DNA from: Parcubacteria group bacterium
GTDB taxonomy: Bacteria > Patescibacteriota > Minisyncoccia > Phycocordibacterales > UBA2135
Length of the DNA: 64,000 nt
Direction: 5' to 3'
Assembly: GCA_016204045.1 (NCBI GenBank)
Contig: JACQLQ010000004.1
Coordinates: 100,927-164,926, forward strand
Below, piece by piece: positions 1-9,210 of this stretch. Within the stretch, counting starts at the first letter, position 1. Each line of letters starts with the position of its first letter. A model generated the notes under the pieces. That model worked only from the letters and a program-made list of their open reading frames with translations. It was not told the origin of the DNA and did no database searches. The position numbers were made by a program, and so were the translations under genes.

Positions 1-1517
1 ACGAAAAGCTCGCTTTCCAGGCGGCAGACGACGAGCGTTTTGCCGCATACAAGAGTCTGATTCGCGAATCATTTGCAAAAAATCAATCTGTCTTCTTTTG
101 TCTCCCAACGATTGAAGACATAGAAGGAAGTCGCGCAACTCTAGAACGAGGAATAGAACAATACACGTTTGTACTTCATGGAGAATTGTCAAAGAAGGAA
201 ACAATCGCCCGCTGGCAGGCGACTCTTCGGGAAAAGCACCCGGTACTGATTATCGCCACCGGCCTTTTCCTCTCACTCCCCAGAGAAGACGTAAAAGTCA
301 TTGTGCTCGAAAAAGAGAGCTCATCAGCGTATAAGCTTTTGACACGACCATATGTCGATATTCGCACGGTCGCAGAGTTTTTGGCCGAAGCATCGGGAGC
401 AAAATTAATCCTGGGCGACATGCTCTTACAAACCGAGACTATTTACAAAAAAGAGGAGGGTGTGCTTGAAGCGTTTGCCCCGCTCAAATTCCGTTCCGTC
501 TCTCGGGCCGAGAATACATTAATTGACATGAACCGCTACCAAACCGAGGCGGGAGGAGAGAAATTCAGAATCTTAAGCGACGAAGTACTGCACCTTCTTG
601 GGCGACTACGAGAGAAGAACGAGCGACTACTCCTCTTTGTCTCTCGGCGCGGACTATATCCGATAACTACATGCTCCGACTGCAACACTGTTGTCGAGTG
701 CCAGCACTGCGAAGCCCCCCTCGTTCTGCACACACAGGGCAAGGGCGAGAAAGAGCGTTACCATGTATGCCACTCATGTGGGAAAAGTGTAAAGGCGCAA
801 GACCGTTGCCCTACCTGCGCAAGTTGGCGCTTGGTCCCTATTGGCATAGGCGCCGAGAATGTCTTCGAAGAGGCGAAGAAACACGCGGGAGATGCGTCGG
901 TTCTTCTCTTGAGCAAGGATTCGGCATCAACAAAGAAGAAGGCGCGAGAGATTATGAAGCAATTTTTTAGCGCTCCGAGTGCCGTACTTGTTGCGACACA
1001 GATGGTCATACCCTATCTTCGAGAAGAACTTAGTAATGTGGCAGTGGTATCTATTGATTCGTTGTTTACACTTCCTGACTTCAAGATAAACGAGCGCGTC
1101 TTCCGCATGCTCGCGGTGCTTAACGCGCGGACGAGTAGACGCTTCCTCATACAAACAAGACTCCCCGACACCCCCCTCTTCCGTCATGTGCTTCTGGGAA
1201 ACTTCCTCGAGTTCTACCGCGAGGAGCTTGCGGACCGAAAAGAGTTTAACCTCCCTCCATTTACGGTTCTCATCAAGGTCTCTTCTCTAGGCACAAAGGA
1301 TGCCATGGAGCGAAACGCGGAGAAGCTCAAGGAGTTGTTCTCACTGTATGAACCGACGATTTTCCCCGGATTTATTGCCAAAGTAAAAGGAAAGCATATT
1401 CTACATATGTTGATTCGCATGCCAAGAGAAAACTGGCCGGACCGGCATCTTGTCTCCATGCTCGGGGCGCTCCCGCCCGGATTTAAAATCCAAGTCAATC
1501 CAGAATCAATCCTTTAG
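1..1517 (+). CDS. priA: Primosomal protein N' (PriA), 5'-truncated by window edge; helicase motifs degenerate
   Basis: Frame is open from base 3. SRRGLYPITTCSDC..C..CEAPL..H..CHSCG..CPTC Zn-binding region, GIGAE and C-terminal LPPF..VNPESIL are typical of PriA; sits next to def/fmt. Confidence 0.9.
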   Translation, partial: EKLAFQAADDERFAAYKSLIRESFAKNQSVFFCLPTIEDIEGSRATLERGIEQYTFVLHGELSKKETIARWQATLREKHPVLIIATGLFLSLPREDVKVIVLEKESSSAYKLLTRPYVDIRTVAEFLAEASGAKLILGDMLLQTETIYKKEEGVLEAFAPLKFRSVSRAENTLIDMNRYQTEAGGEKFRILSDEVLHLLGRLREKNERLLLFVSRRGLYPITTCSDCNTVVECQHCEAPLVLHTQGKGEKERYHVCHSCGKSVKAQDRCPTCASWRLVPIGIGAENVFEEAKKHAGDASVLLLSKDSASTKKKAREIMKQFFSAPSAVLVATQMVIPYLREELSNVAVVSIDSLFTLPDFKINERVFRMLAVLNARTSRRFLIQTRLPDTPLFRHVLLGNFLEFYREELADRKEFNLPPFTVLIKVSSLGTKDAMERNAEKLKELFSLYEPTIFPGFIAKVKGKHILHMLIRMPRENWPDRHLVSMLGALPPGFKIQVNPESIL

Positions 1518-1547
1518 ATTTTTTATATTCAGTGGTAGGTTAATGTT

Positions 1548-2072
1548 ATGGCTAAGATTCTACAAAAGGAACATCCTATACTACGCGGGACCGCCGAAAA
1601 CGTGCCCCTTGCCGACATTGGTAGCAAGAAAATGATGGGGGTGATTTCCGACATGCAAGACGCCATGCATAAGGAAGAAGACGCAATCGCGATTGCGGCG
1701 CCACAGATTGGTGTTCCGCTTCGACTCTTTGTCGTCTCGGGCAAGATGTTCACAGAGGTTGAAGAACGAGAGGATGGGGCACTCGTCCGCCAGTACGACA
1801 AAGTCTTCGTGAACCCCAAGGTCAAGAAGCGCTCGCGCAAACAGCAAGAGCTCGAAGAAGGCTGTCTTTCGGTCCGATGGAAGTACGGTTTCGTGAAGCG
1901 AGCGGACAAGATTACTGTCGAAGCCTACGATGAAAAGGGTGAGAAATTCACCCGGGGCGCATCAGGCTTGCTTGCGCAAATCTTTCAACACGAAATAGAC
2001 CACTTGGACGGCATTCTCTTTATCGACAAGGCACATAGTGTGCGTGACCTCCCGCCAACAGAAGAGAAGTAG
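1548..2072 (+). CDS. def: Peptide deformylase
   Basis: AIAAPQIG, EEGCLS and QHEIDHLDG motifs. Confidence 0.97.
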   Translation: MAKILQKEHPILRGTAENVPLADIGSKKMMGVISDMQDAMHKEEDAIAIAAPQIGVPLRLFVVSGKMFTEVEEREDGALVRQYDKVFVNPKVKKRSRKQQELEEGCLSVRWKYGFVKRADKITVEAYDEKGEKFTRGASGLLAQIFQHEIDHLDGILFIDKAHSVRDLPPTEEK

Positions 2073-2080
2073 CCCATAAC

Positions 2081-2112
2081 AAAAAGACTCCGGTGTACGG
2101 AGTCGTTTTTTG
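2081..2112. terminator. Bidirectional intrinsic terminator between def and the DoxX gene
   Basis: AAAAA-GACTCCG-gtgta-CGGAGTC-g-TTTTTT between convergent genes. Confidence 0.75.
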
Positions 2113-2511
2113 TTATGGAAGAAGCGAAAATGACCAAGGTGCCGGAACCGAGAGGAGCATCAAGATTGCACCGAGAAGAGCCACGTTCTTCAGGAATTGT
2201 ATGCGCGAAATGCGCCGTTCGTTCGGATCGGTAACCTTCCAAAATGGGTGCATATACAACGTCACTGGAATCATGAAGACAGCGAGCGCAAGGAGCGACC
2301 ACTCCGGGTACACCCCGAGGAGAACTCCCGCTCCGCCCACCACAATAAGGAATGATGCGAGAGGAACAGATACTGGTGCGATCGGAACACTTTTAGATGC
2401 GGCATACCCAATCATCTGCTTAATCTGCACAAAGTGCATGACTCCGTTGAAAAGAAAGTACCCGCCGAGAAAAAGGCGGCCGAGGAGAAAAGCGAGTGTG
2501 AAGAAGTCCAT
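2113..2511 (-). CDS. DoxX family membrane protein
   Basis: LGRLFLGGYFLFNG..HF, HPFW and QFLKNVALLG; four hydrophobic segments. Confidence 0.88.
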   Translation of the reverse strand: MDFFTLAFLLGRLFLGGYFLFNGVMHFVQIKQMIGYAASKSVPIAPVSVPLASFLIVVGGAGVLLGVYPEWSLLALAVFMIPVTLYMHPFWKVTDPNERRISRIQFLKNVALLGAILMLLSVPAPWSFSLLP

Positions 2512-2557
2512 GTTGATTGCGAAAAAGCGCGTTGTCTACTAATGTAGAGAGTATACT

Positions 2558-3412
2558 ATGGATACGGAACGCGACACAAACATTCCTTTTGCCTTCTTTG
2601 GTACCGACAATTTTTCGGTCATTATTTTAGACAAGCTTACGAAGGCCGGTTTCGTGCCCTCACTTATCGTCACGGCCCCCGATCGAAGAGCTGGCCGCGG
2701 CATGAAGCTTACTCCCCCACCCGCTAAAGTGTGGGCCGAGAAAAACAAGATTCCTCTCCTCCAACCAGAAACATTCGATACATCGGTGCTTCAAAAACTT
2801 AAGGATGGGGGTTGCGAGCTTTTTGTTATCGCTTTCTATGGAAAGATTCTTCCTCAAGAAGCTTTAGACATTCCGAAACGCGGAACCTTGAACGTGCACC
2901 CCTCACTTTTGCCGGCATATCGTGGGCCATCCCCTGAACAGTCACAAATATTGGACGGAGTCACAAAGACGGGCGTGACGATTATTCTCGCCGATAACAA
3001 AATGGACCATGGGCCAATCGTTGGGAAAAAAGAATACACCTTGGAAACGCCCTACATACAATACAAAGACTTGCGAAGGGAGCTCTCGGCACTCGCTGGC
3101 ACATTGCTTACCGAAGTACTTCCCGAATGGACGCTTGGAAACATAGAACCACGAGAACAAGACCACACAAACGCGACGTATACGAAACTGCTTACAAAGG
3201 AAGACGGCCTTATACGTCTTACTGATGATTCAGAAACAAACTACAGAAAATTTCTTGCGTACAATCCCTGGCCAGGAACATATTTTTTCTCTGGAGACAC
3301 TCGAGTCAAAATCACCGACGCGGTGCTCGAAGATGGAGTGTTCGTCGTAAGGCACGTTACTCCTGAAGGAAAACGGGAAATGTCCTATGACGATTTCCTC
3401 CGTACTTCATAA
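2558..3412 (+). CDS. fmt: Methionyl-tRNA formyltransferase
   Basis: FFGTDNF, PDRRAGRG, LNVHPSLLPAYRGPSP, MDHGPI and PWPG motifs. Confidence 0.97.
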   Translation: MDTERDTNIPFAFFGTDNFSVIILDKLTKAGFVPSLIVTAPDRRAGRGMKLTPPPAKVWAEKNKIPLLQPETFDTSVLQKLKDGGCELFVIAFYGKILPQEALDIPKRGTLNVHPSLLPAYRGPSPEQSQILDGVTKTGVTIILADNKMDHGPIVGKKEYTLETPYIQYKDLRRELSALAGTLLTEVLPEWTLGNIEPREQDHTNATYTKLLTKEDGLIRLTDDSETNYRKFLAYNPWPGTYFFSGDTRVKITDAVLEDGVFVVRHVTPEGKREMSYDDFLRTS

Positions 3413-3518
3413 TATAGTCCCCCGCAGCTTGCCGCAGAGGACTATATTTCGTCTTCCCCCGAAGAAAATGAAAATTGAAACATTTTCATTTTGCCCACTC
3501 GCTCGACGAAATAAAAAA
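3411..3518. repeat. Composite palindromic dispersed repeat (REP/MITE-like), copy 1
   Basis: AATATAGTCC..GCTTGCCGC..GGACTATATT hairpin, then TATTTCGTC..AAAATGAAAAT-tgaaac-ATTTTCATTTT..CTCGCTC-GACGAAATA. Core is near-identical to 36305-36380. Confidence 0.85.
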
Positions 3519-3525
3519 GCCAGAG

Positions 3526-4083
3526 CTAGCGAGCTCTGGCCATATGCGCTTCGGCTTTCTCTGAATTAACCCTCAACTCCTCATCGCAGGCGCTCATCGC
3601 CCTTCTCACATGATCGGCAACATCTCCGATGAAGGCGTACTTGCCCAAATCTTTCTCCTTGAGCCATGCATAGTCGGTCATCTCTCTCCCCAACTGAACG
3701 GTTGATTCTGCGGCGAGAAGCGTCCAATACGTCAGGACGAGGGTAGGTGTACCGCTCTTGCGGATGAAGATAACATCGCCATCTTCAAGCAAACGAAGGG
3801 TATCGGGTGGAACATCAAATCCGCCCTCTTCTTTGATTTCTCGAGCCGCCGCACGACGGAGGCCACCTTCCCAAATCGGATGACTTTTGGTCTTCCTCTG
3901 ACGACCCCAGTCTTTTCTGGACATTTTGCCGCCGGCAATTGTCCACAAACCTGGGCCTTCGGCATCCTCATCCCTTCGCCTAAACACCAACGACTCCAAA
4001 ACGCCATCGGAGTCTCTACGAAGCACTACGGTAGTGGTAACCACAACGTATTCAGGAACAGATTCTGCAGATTCCCTAGTCAT
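3526..4083 (-). CDS. NUDIX hydrolase
   Basis: GLWTIAGGK...AAAREIKEEGG Nudix box with an insertion. Confidence 0.85.
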   Translation of the reverse strand: MTRESAESVPEYVVVTTTVVLRRDSDGVLESLVFRRRDEDAEGPGLWTIAGGKMSRKDWGRQRKTKSHPIWEGGLRRAAAREIKEEGGFDVPPDTLRLLEDGDVIFIRKSGTPTLVLTYWTLLAAESTVQLGREMTDYAWLKEKDLGKYAFIGDVADHVRRAMSACDEELRVNSEKAEAHMARAR

Positions 4084-4188
4084 TGAGCACCCTCACAGAC
4101 TCATCTGTCCGCAGTGTACCATGCACGTTTCTCGCGCTCCCATTGCCCCAATAAAAAAGCCGTGGTATATCACGGCGTTTACAAAAAC

Positions 4189-4770
4189 TTACTCAGCAAC
4201 TATGCGCCCACCCTTGGCCATTTCCTCGGGAGTGAACCAAACGGCCATTTCACGTTCTGCCTCTTTCGGGGAATCCGACGCGTGGATGAGATTTCTCGCC
4301 GCAAGGTGATCTCGTGGGCCTGGGGGCGCGGCAAAATAACCGCGAATCGTCTCCTTTGCCGCTTGAGACGGTAGTGGACTGCCGAGCATCTTCCGTACGA
4401 GCGCGATAGCATTTTCACCCTCCAGCACAACGGCCTCAAGCGGCCCTTCTTGATAATAGAGGCGGCACTCCGCCGCGATCATTTTCCCAATCTCGAGCGG
4501 ATCGTCTGCTCCATAAATCTTTTTGGGATCTTCACCCTGCGCTCGCCAGCGCCCTACCGCTCGCTCTCCCATATTCATCATCCATTCTTCCGTGTTTGGG
4601 AAATGACGATCAAGATGGTCCTCCTTTGCCATAAGTCTCTTTGAGACGACAACCGCGAGACCTTTGCGCGCAAATCGCTTCAAGATTTCATATTCGAGTT
4701 TCCGTTGCACTGCATCAGGCTTCAAGATAACCAGTGTGCGCTCGGTCACAGCAATACCTTCCGTTCTCAA
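4189..4770 (-). CDS. ndk: Nucleoside-diphosphate kinase (with insertion)
   Basis: ERTLVILKPDAVQR, GP..AVVLEG, TIRG and RNLIHASDS carrying the catalytic His. Confidence 0.88.
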   Translation of the reverse strand: MRTEGIAVTERTLVILKPDAVQRKLEYEILKRFARKGLAVVVSKRLMAKEDHLDRHFPNTEEWMMNMGERAVGRWRAQGEDPKKIYGADDPLEIGKMIAAECRLYYQEGPLEAVVLEGENAIALVRKMLGSPLPSQAAKETIRGYFAAPPGPRDHLAARNLIHASDSPKEAEREMAVWFTPEEMAKGGRIVAE

Positions 4771-4845
4771 TTCTGCAGGGACTGTAGCATGCGAATTGCC
4801 TTACGTCAACATGATCACGTCGACATACTCTAAAGAAAAAGCCGC

Positions 4846-5529
4846 TTATGTGTGAGCGGCCATGAAATTACTAAACCCTGTGTAAAGAGCATCTTTATCC
4901 TCGGGGGTAACTAACACCCCAAGATCTTCGAGCAACCTTACGAACAACATCTTGGGTCCGTCTTCTTGTGGACGCCAAAGATGATTTCTTTCTCCACCCA
5001 AATCCTCACCAAAATCGATCGCGACTACGTCGGCACCGCGGGAACGCAGATCGTGGACAGATATTGGTTTAAAGCCAAGCACTACGAGCCCAGCAGCATA
5101 TGCCCCATATCTCTCCATGAGCGTGGGGCGCAATTCTTCATTCTGAAGCGCCTCAGTGAAAGTGAGTGGAATATACTCCTCAAGAAGAACGGCTGGCCCG
5201 CTCCCGTATAGCTTGGGCGTTGAAACGCCTGCGCGAGAGAGAATCTCTCGGCGCCGAAGCCACTCGACGAAAATTTCCGAGATGGGACGCATGGCAAAAG
5301 GTGCGCACGCCTTGAAAAGGAGCCCGCGTGGCGGTTGATCGCCAATGCAAAGGGAGAAATAGAGAACGTATGTTTCAGCTCCGCCACGTGCCCACTCGGA
5401 TACAGAATCAAAATGGTAAGGTGTCTCAGTAGATGGTAGCAACCCAAGTGTAACGAGGGCTCCAGGCACACTCTTGGCATCTGTCAGCGCCAAGAGTTCT
5501 CTTTCGAGATGCTCATTGGGAGCTGACAT
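4846..5529 (-). CDS. Hypothetical protein, possible protein-kinase-like (APH/RIO/Kdo-type) fold
   Basis: GGAETY loop, LLFK, conserved E, GVSTPKLY, LLEEYI and VVAIDFG. Catalytic loop is atypical and the start is uncertain. Confidence 0.5.
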   Translation of the reverse strand: MSAPNEHLERELLALTDAKSVPGALVTLGLLPSTETPYHFDSVSEWARGGAETYVLYFSLCIGDQPPRGLLFKACAPFAMRPISEIFVEWLRRREILSRAGVSTPKLYGSGPAVLLEEYIPLTFTEALQNEELRPTLMERYGAYAAGLVVLGFKPISVHDLRSRGADVVAIDFGEDLGGERNHLWRPQEDGPKMLFVRLLEDLGVLVTPEDKDALYTGFSNFMAAHT

Positions 5530-5661
5530 TAGGGGCACCGACAACAAATCTGTACAGAGAATAACAGTACTCACTCCTCGAATCAATCCAGTAGGAACCT
5601 TGACGCACCTCTTATTGTGTGTACTCTTGAGTAAGGCCGCTGTCGACAGAGGTTCCGAACA

Positions 5662-6441
5662 ATGAGACTCGCTCCGGGCGACGGGGCTCTTCTTACACTC
5701 GGGGGTATTGGCACTGAAGTTGCCCTGCTTGATATTGAGGGATGCCTCACGGTCAAGAAAGGGGTGCCCATCCCTCTTGACTGGCTTTGGTACCTCATCG
5801 ATTCAATTCCGTTTGTTCCGCTCGCACTTTGCACAGGAAGATCACAACCTTATGCCGAATGCATGATTCAGCTTCTCGGCGATAAAGCATTCCACGTGCC
5901 TTCGATTGTTGAAAATGGTTGCTTTCTCTACGACCCGAAGACTGACCGCCTCATCCCCCACCCAAAGATAGACGCTGGGGTTCGACGCACATTCAGAGGC
6001 ATAAGGGAATTCCTCGAGGAACACTTCCCTGAAGCACGGATTGAGCCGGGCAAGGAACTTTGCCTATCGCTTGGTCCTCCAAATGGAGTTTCTGTAGAGA
6101 GTCTGTTCGAACGAGTTTGGACCAAAATGGGAGATTTTGAGAATGACATTTTTATCGCCCACAGCAACTCGGCGGTGGACATTACACCGAAGGGCATCGA
6201 CAAGGGTGCGGGTGTTCTTTTCCTTTGCGAGCACCTGGGTATTTCTCCAAAGAGTATCGTCGCAATCGGCGACTCGGGTGGCGACTTGCCGGCGCTTCGC
6301 GTTGCTGGACGTATCGGATGCCCAGCCAACGCTACTCCCGCAGTCAAGCAATTGGTCACGGAGAAATTCGGGCTTATTAGCAAGCATGAGCATGCCAAGG
6401 GCACTACTGATGTCCTAAAAGGCTTCGGTATCATTCTCTAA
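5662..6441 (+). CDS. HAD-superfamily hydrolase, subfamily IIB
   Basis: LLDIEGCL, CTGRS, ENG, DKG and IGDSGGDL motifs; TTGACG-16-TACTCT promoter upstream. Confidence 0.88.
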   Translation: MRLAPGDGALLTLGGIGTEVALLDIEGCLTVKKGVPIPLDWLWYLIDSIPFVPLALCTGRSQPYAECMIQLLGDKAFHVPSIVENGCFLYDPKTDRLIPHPKIDAGVRRTFRGIREFLEEHFPEARIEPGKELCLSLGPPNGVSVESLFERVWTKMGDFENDIFIAHSNSAVDITPKGIDKGAGVLFLCEHLGISPKSIVAIGDSGGDLPALRVAGRIGCPANATPAVKQLVTEKFGLISKHEHAKGTTDVLKGFGIIL

Positions 6442-6477
6442 TATATAGATACGACGAACCACCCATACCGGGTGGTT

Positions 6478-6855
6478 TTAATTTCGCAGATTATCTTTGA
6501 GCTTGCGCGCACCGCGGCGGGCAGTATCAATACTTTTTGTTTTTGTCTTTCGTAGTTCGTGGTCCATTTCATCCTTCGCTTCGTCAATGGCGGGAAACAA
6601 AGCGTCTTGCACAGACTCGGACCGTAAGTGCACTGATCCAGCAGTAAAATTAATTTCAGCACGATAGACCATTCCCTTCCGGTGATGATCGGTGGTCTTC
6701 CCCACCTCGACGTCAAAAAGCATTTCTTTTGTCTCCCCCGCATAATGCGTCAAGTATTTCTCGAGCATTGCTATTTTCGTATCAACATAAGCGCGAAGTG
6801 CTGGGGTATCATCAATGCCGGTAACAAGATAGTTGATTTTGTATGTCGAAGACAT
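6478..6855 (-). CDS. hpf: Ribosome hibernation promoting factor / RaiA (short form)
   Basis: TPALRAYVDTKI..LEKY, HHRKG.VYRAEIN and LFPAIDEAKDEM. Confidence 0.88.
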   Translation of the reverse strand: MSSTYKINYLVTGIDDTPALRAYVDTKIAMLEKYLTHYAGETKEMLFDVEVGKTTDHHRKGMVYRAEINFTAGSVHLRSESVQDALFPAIDEAKDEMDHELRKTKTKSIDTARRGARKLKDNLRN

Positions 6856-6864
6856 GGGTACGTG

Positions 6865-7092
6865 TTAATTGCTATTGATAATACTTAGTACTTTTTTAGA
6901 ACGGTGGTGACCATTTACGATTCTGATTTTCGCGCGTGGCACTCCCAGATGCGCGGCAACGAGTTCACGGACGCGTATATTTGCCTGGTTCTCTTCTGCT
7001 GGCTCCTTGACCTTAACAGTAAAATGAAGCTTCTTTACTTCTTTGATTTCCTCTCTTCTTGCATTTGACGTAACCGTCACGTGTATATACAT
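6865..7092 (-). CDS. DUF167/YggU family protein
   Basis: MYIHVTV..NARREEI, VKEPAEENQAN and IRIVNGHHRSKK; start reassigned to ATG at 7092. Confidence 0.88.
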   Translation of the reverse strand: MYIHVTVTSNARREEIKEVKKLHFTVKVKEPAEENQANIRVRELVAAHLGVPRAKIRIVNGHHRSKKVLSIINSN

Positions 7093-7215
7093 AACCAGAT
7101 GGTGCCAGTATAACACAAAAACTTTCTCGGCTCGCTGTCCACTCCAAAAGTACGCGCTAGAAGCGTATACTTTTAAATAGAAAAGACCGCGTTCTTCCTC
7201 ATAAGGAGGGTCGGC

Positions 7216-8250
7216 ATGCTTGCGCGTCTCAAAGAACCATTTGAGGCACTTCGTGGTGAGAACGGCGCGTTCATTGCCGCGCTGCACAAGGATTACCACA
7301 CATGCTATCTTCGAGACCATCTGTACGCTACCTTTGCATACTTCTTCCTTGAGGAGCATGACAAGTTTAGGCAAGGCATGTGGCTCACCTTTGACATCTT
7401 TCATAAACACCGCCAAAGGATTAAGCGGATTATAGAACACCCTCCCAAAAATGGACATGAATTCCTCCATGCGAAATATGATCCAGAAACACTTGGGGAG
7501 ATTGAGCCGTTTTTTGGACATCACCAGTTAGATGCGTTAGGGCTTTTTCTCTTTATTGTTGGTTTCGCGGAGCAAAATGGTCTTCCTCTCGTCAGGAAAA
7601 ATGCGGACAAGGCAATGCTTAATCTCCTGGTGCTCTATGTCCGCGCAGTAGAGTATTGCAAACGTGGAGATAACGGTATGTGGCAGGGGGAGATGGCGCT
7701 CCATTCGTCTTCTGTCGGGGCCGTTCTCTCTGGCCTTGTGGAGTTGAAGGCAGCAAAACTTGTAAAAGTTCGGAATCCGCTTATTGCAAATGGGATAACC
7801 GCGCTTGACGCTCTTGTTTTGGAAGAGCCTCCCGGACTAGCACAACTTTCGCTTATTTGGCCGTATGATATCGTCACCCCTGCTGTCCGTAATGAAATTC
7901 TCTCCAAAGTGTCGAAAAAATTGGTAGAGAAACATGGTCTAAATCGTTACTTCGGAGACGAATACTATCGCTCTAGAGCAACCGGCATCTCTGCCCAATG
8001 GCCACTCGGCTTCTTCTGGCTTTCCATAATCAAAAGTGAACTCGGCGACACGAAGGACGCGCGTCTATGGTTTGAGCGCGGCGCGGCGCAAATAACGCCC
8101 GCGGGTATTCCCAAGCTGTACACGGACGATACCCCAAACGACCATGTGCCCCTTGCGTGGGCACATGCGCTTGCAATTATTGCGTATACAAAACTTCAGA
8201 ACAAAGCTGCTCCCAAGGATAACAATCACAGTGAGGACGCAACATCATAA
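7216..8250 (+). CDS. Glycoside hydrolase family 15 / phosphorylase-kinase-like protein, catalytic Glu residues apparently lost
   Basis: YLRD, HQLDA.GLFL, DNGMW, HSSSVGA, LSLIWPY, RYFGDEYY and PLAWAHA. Confidence 0.78.
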   Translation: MLARLKEPFEALRGENGAFIAALHKDYHTCYLRDHLYATFAYFFLEEHDKFRQGMWLTFDIFHKHRQRIKRIIEHPPKNGHEFLHAKYDPETLGEIEPFFGHHQLDALGLFLFIVGFAEQNGLPLVRKNADKAMLNLLVLYVRAVEYCKRGDNGMWQGEMALHSSSVGAVLSGLVELKAAKLVKVRNPLIANGITALDALVLEEPPGLAQLSLIWPYDIVTPAVRNEILSKVSKKLVEKHGLNRYFGDEYYRSRATGISAQWPLGFFWLSIIKSELGDTKDARLWFERGAAQITPAGIPKLYTDDTPNDHVPLAWAHALAIIAYTKLQNKAAPKDNNHSEDATS

Positions 8251-8315
8251 CTGCTCCGAAATTGGAGCAGTTTTTTAATTAAAAAGCCGCAGGAGGAACC
8301 TGCGGCGCACTATAG

Positions 8316-8777
8316 CTAAGCTGGCAATGAATCCTTGAGGATCCGCCGCGCGCGATGGTACTTGAGACGGCGCGTAATATCTTCTTCAGTCGGATTGGTG
8401 AACCTCGAAAGATCTGAATTGTCTTCCAAGTCCGCAATCTTGACCTTCCGGGCAAGGATCGGACCTTTCCGAATTCTTTCAATGAAGGCGAAATACCCCT
8501 CGTCGCTGCCCTTTTCTTCAGGGCGCTTCGTTAGGTACTCAAGCGCTTCTATCACGTCTTCGTCATAGCCCAGACCACGCATCAACTCCGCAGTGAGACC
8601 ACAATCTTCCCACGTGTCGTGAAGCGCCGCGGTCATGCGTTCCTTCTTTGTCTTTAAGAGAGGATTCAACATCACTCGTAGGGGGTGCAAATAATAAATG
8701 TCCCCCGCTTTGTCTTTCTGATTACCGTGAAGTCGTACACAAAGCGCAATTGCGTCGGCTAATGTCCGCTTTCGCAT
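8316..8777 (-). CDS. HD-domain small alarmone hydrolase (RelA/SpoT-HD, Mesh1-like)
   Basis: HGNQKDKAG..YYLHPLRV, AALHDTWED and KVKIADLEDN. Confidence 0.85.
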   Translation of the reverse strand: MRKRTLADAIALCVRLHGNQKDKAGDIYYLHPLRVMLNPLLKTKKERMTAALHDTWEDCGLTAELMRGLGYDEDVIEALEYLTKRPEEKGSDEGYFAFIERIRKGPILARKVKIADLEDNSDLSRFTNPTEEDITRRLKYHRARRILKDSLPA

Positions 8778-8803
8778 AGTTCAGCTTCTCCTGGTCTGGG
8801 TCT

Positions 8804-9082
8804 TCATCCTAGGCGCGCCTTCGCTGCGGCAGAGTCTTGGGCATTTCCTCTTGCTTGAACAAGCGTTGCCCATTCCCCTTCGGACAGCTCACGAGCTGGT
8901 CCGTTGACCTCGATAAAGTAGTGCTCGTCTACGGTCGGCCAAAGGAAGTCGGCTGGAGTAAGAACACGAAGCGTGCCTCCATCGCGACCATTTGGACGAT
9001 CAGCCTCTATGACACGAGGCTTAGAATTGGTATACCCACGATTACCGTGTTGGTCTCTTGGACGTTCAATGAAGAACGGCAT
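8804..9082 (-). CDS. Hypothetical protein
   Basis: 92-aa ORF with purine-rich SD and TTGACT-16-TACAAT promoter (9121-9148). Confidence 0.6.
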   Translation of the reverse strand: MPFFIERPRDQHGNRGYTNSKPRVIEADRPNGRDGGTLRVLTPADFLWPTVDEHYFIEVNGPARELSEGEWATLVQARGNAQDSAAAKARLG

Positions 9083-9210
9083 GGCCTGTTCCCCTCTTTC
9101 TCAGAGTTCGTTCCAAAAACATTGTACATTTTATATAAGAAAAGTCAATTTCCGGTTCTGCAAACAAAAAACCCGTTGATGTCATCGCTGGGTCGCTTCA
9201 CATTGTTTGA

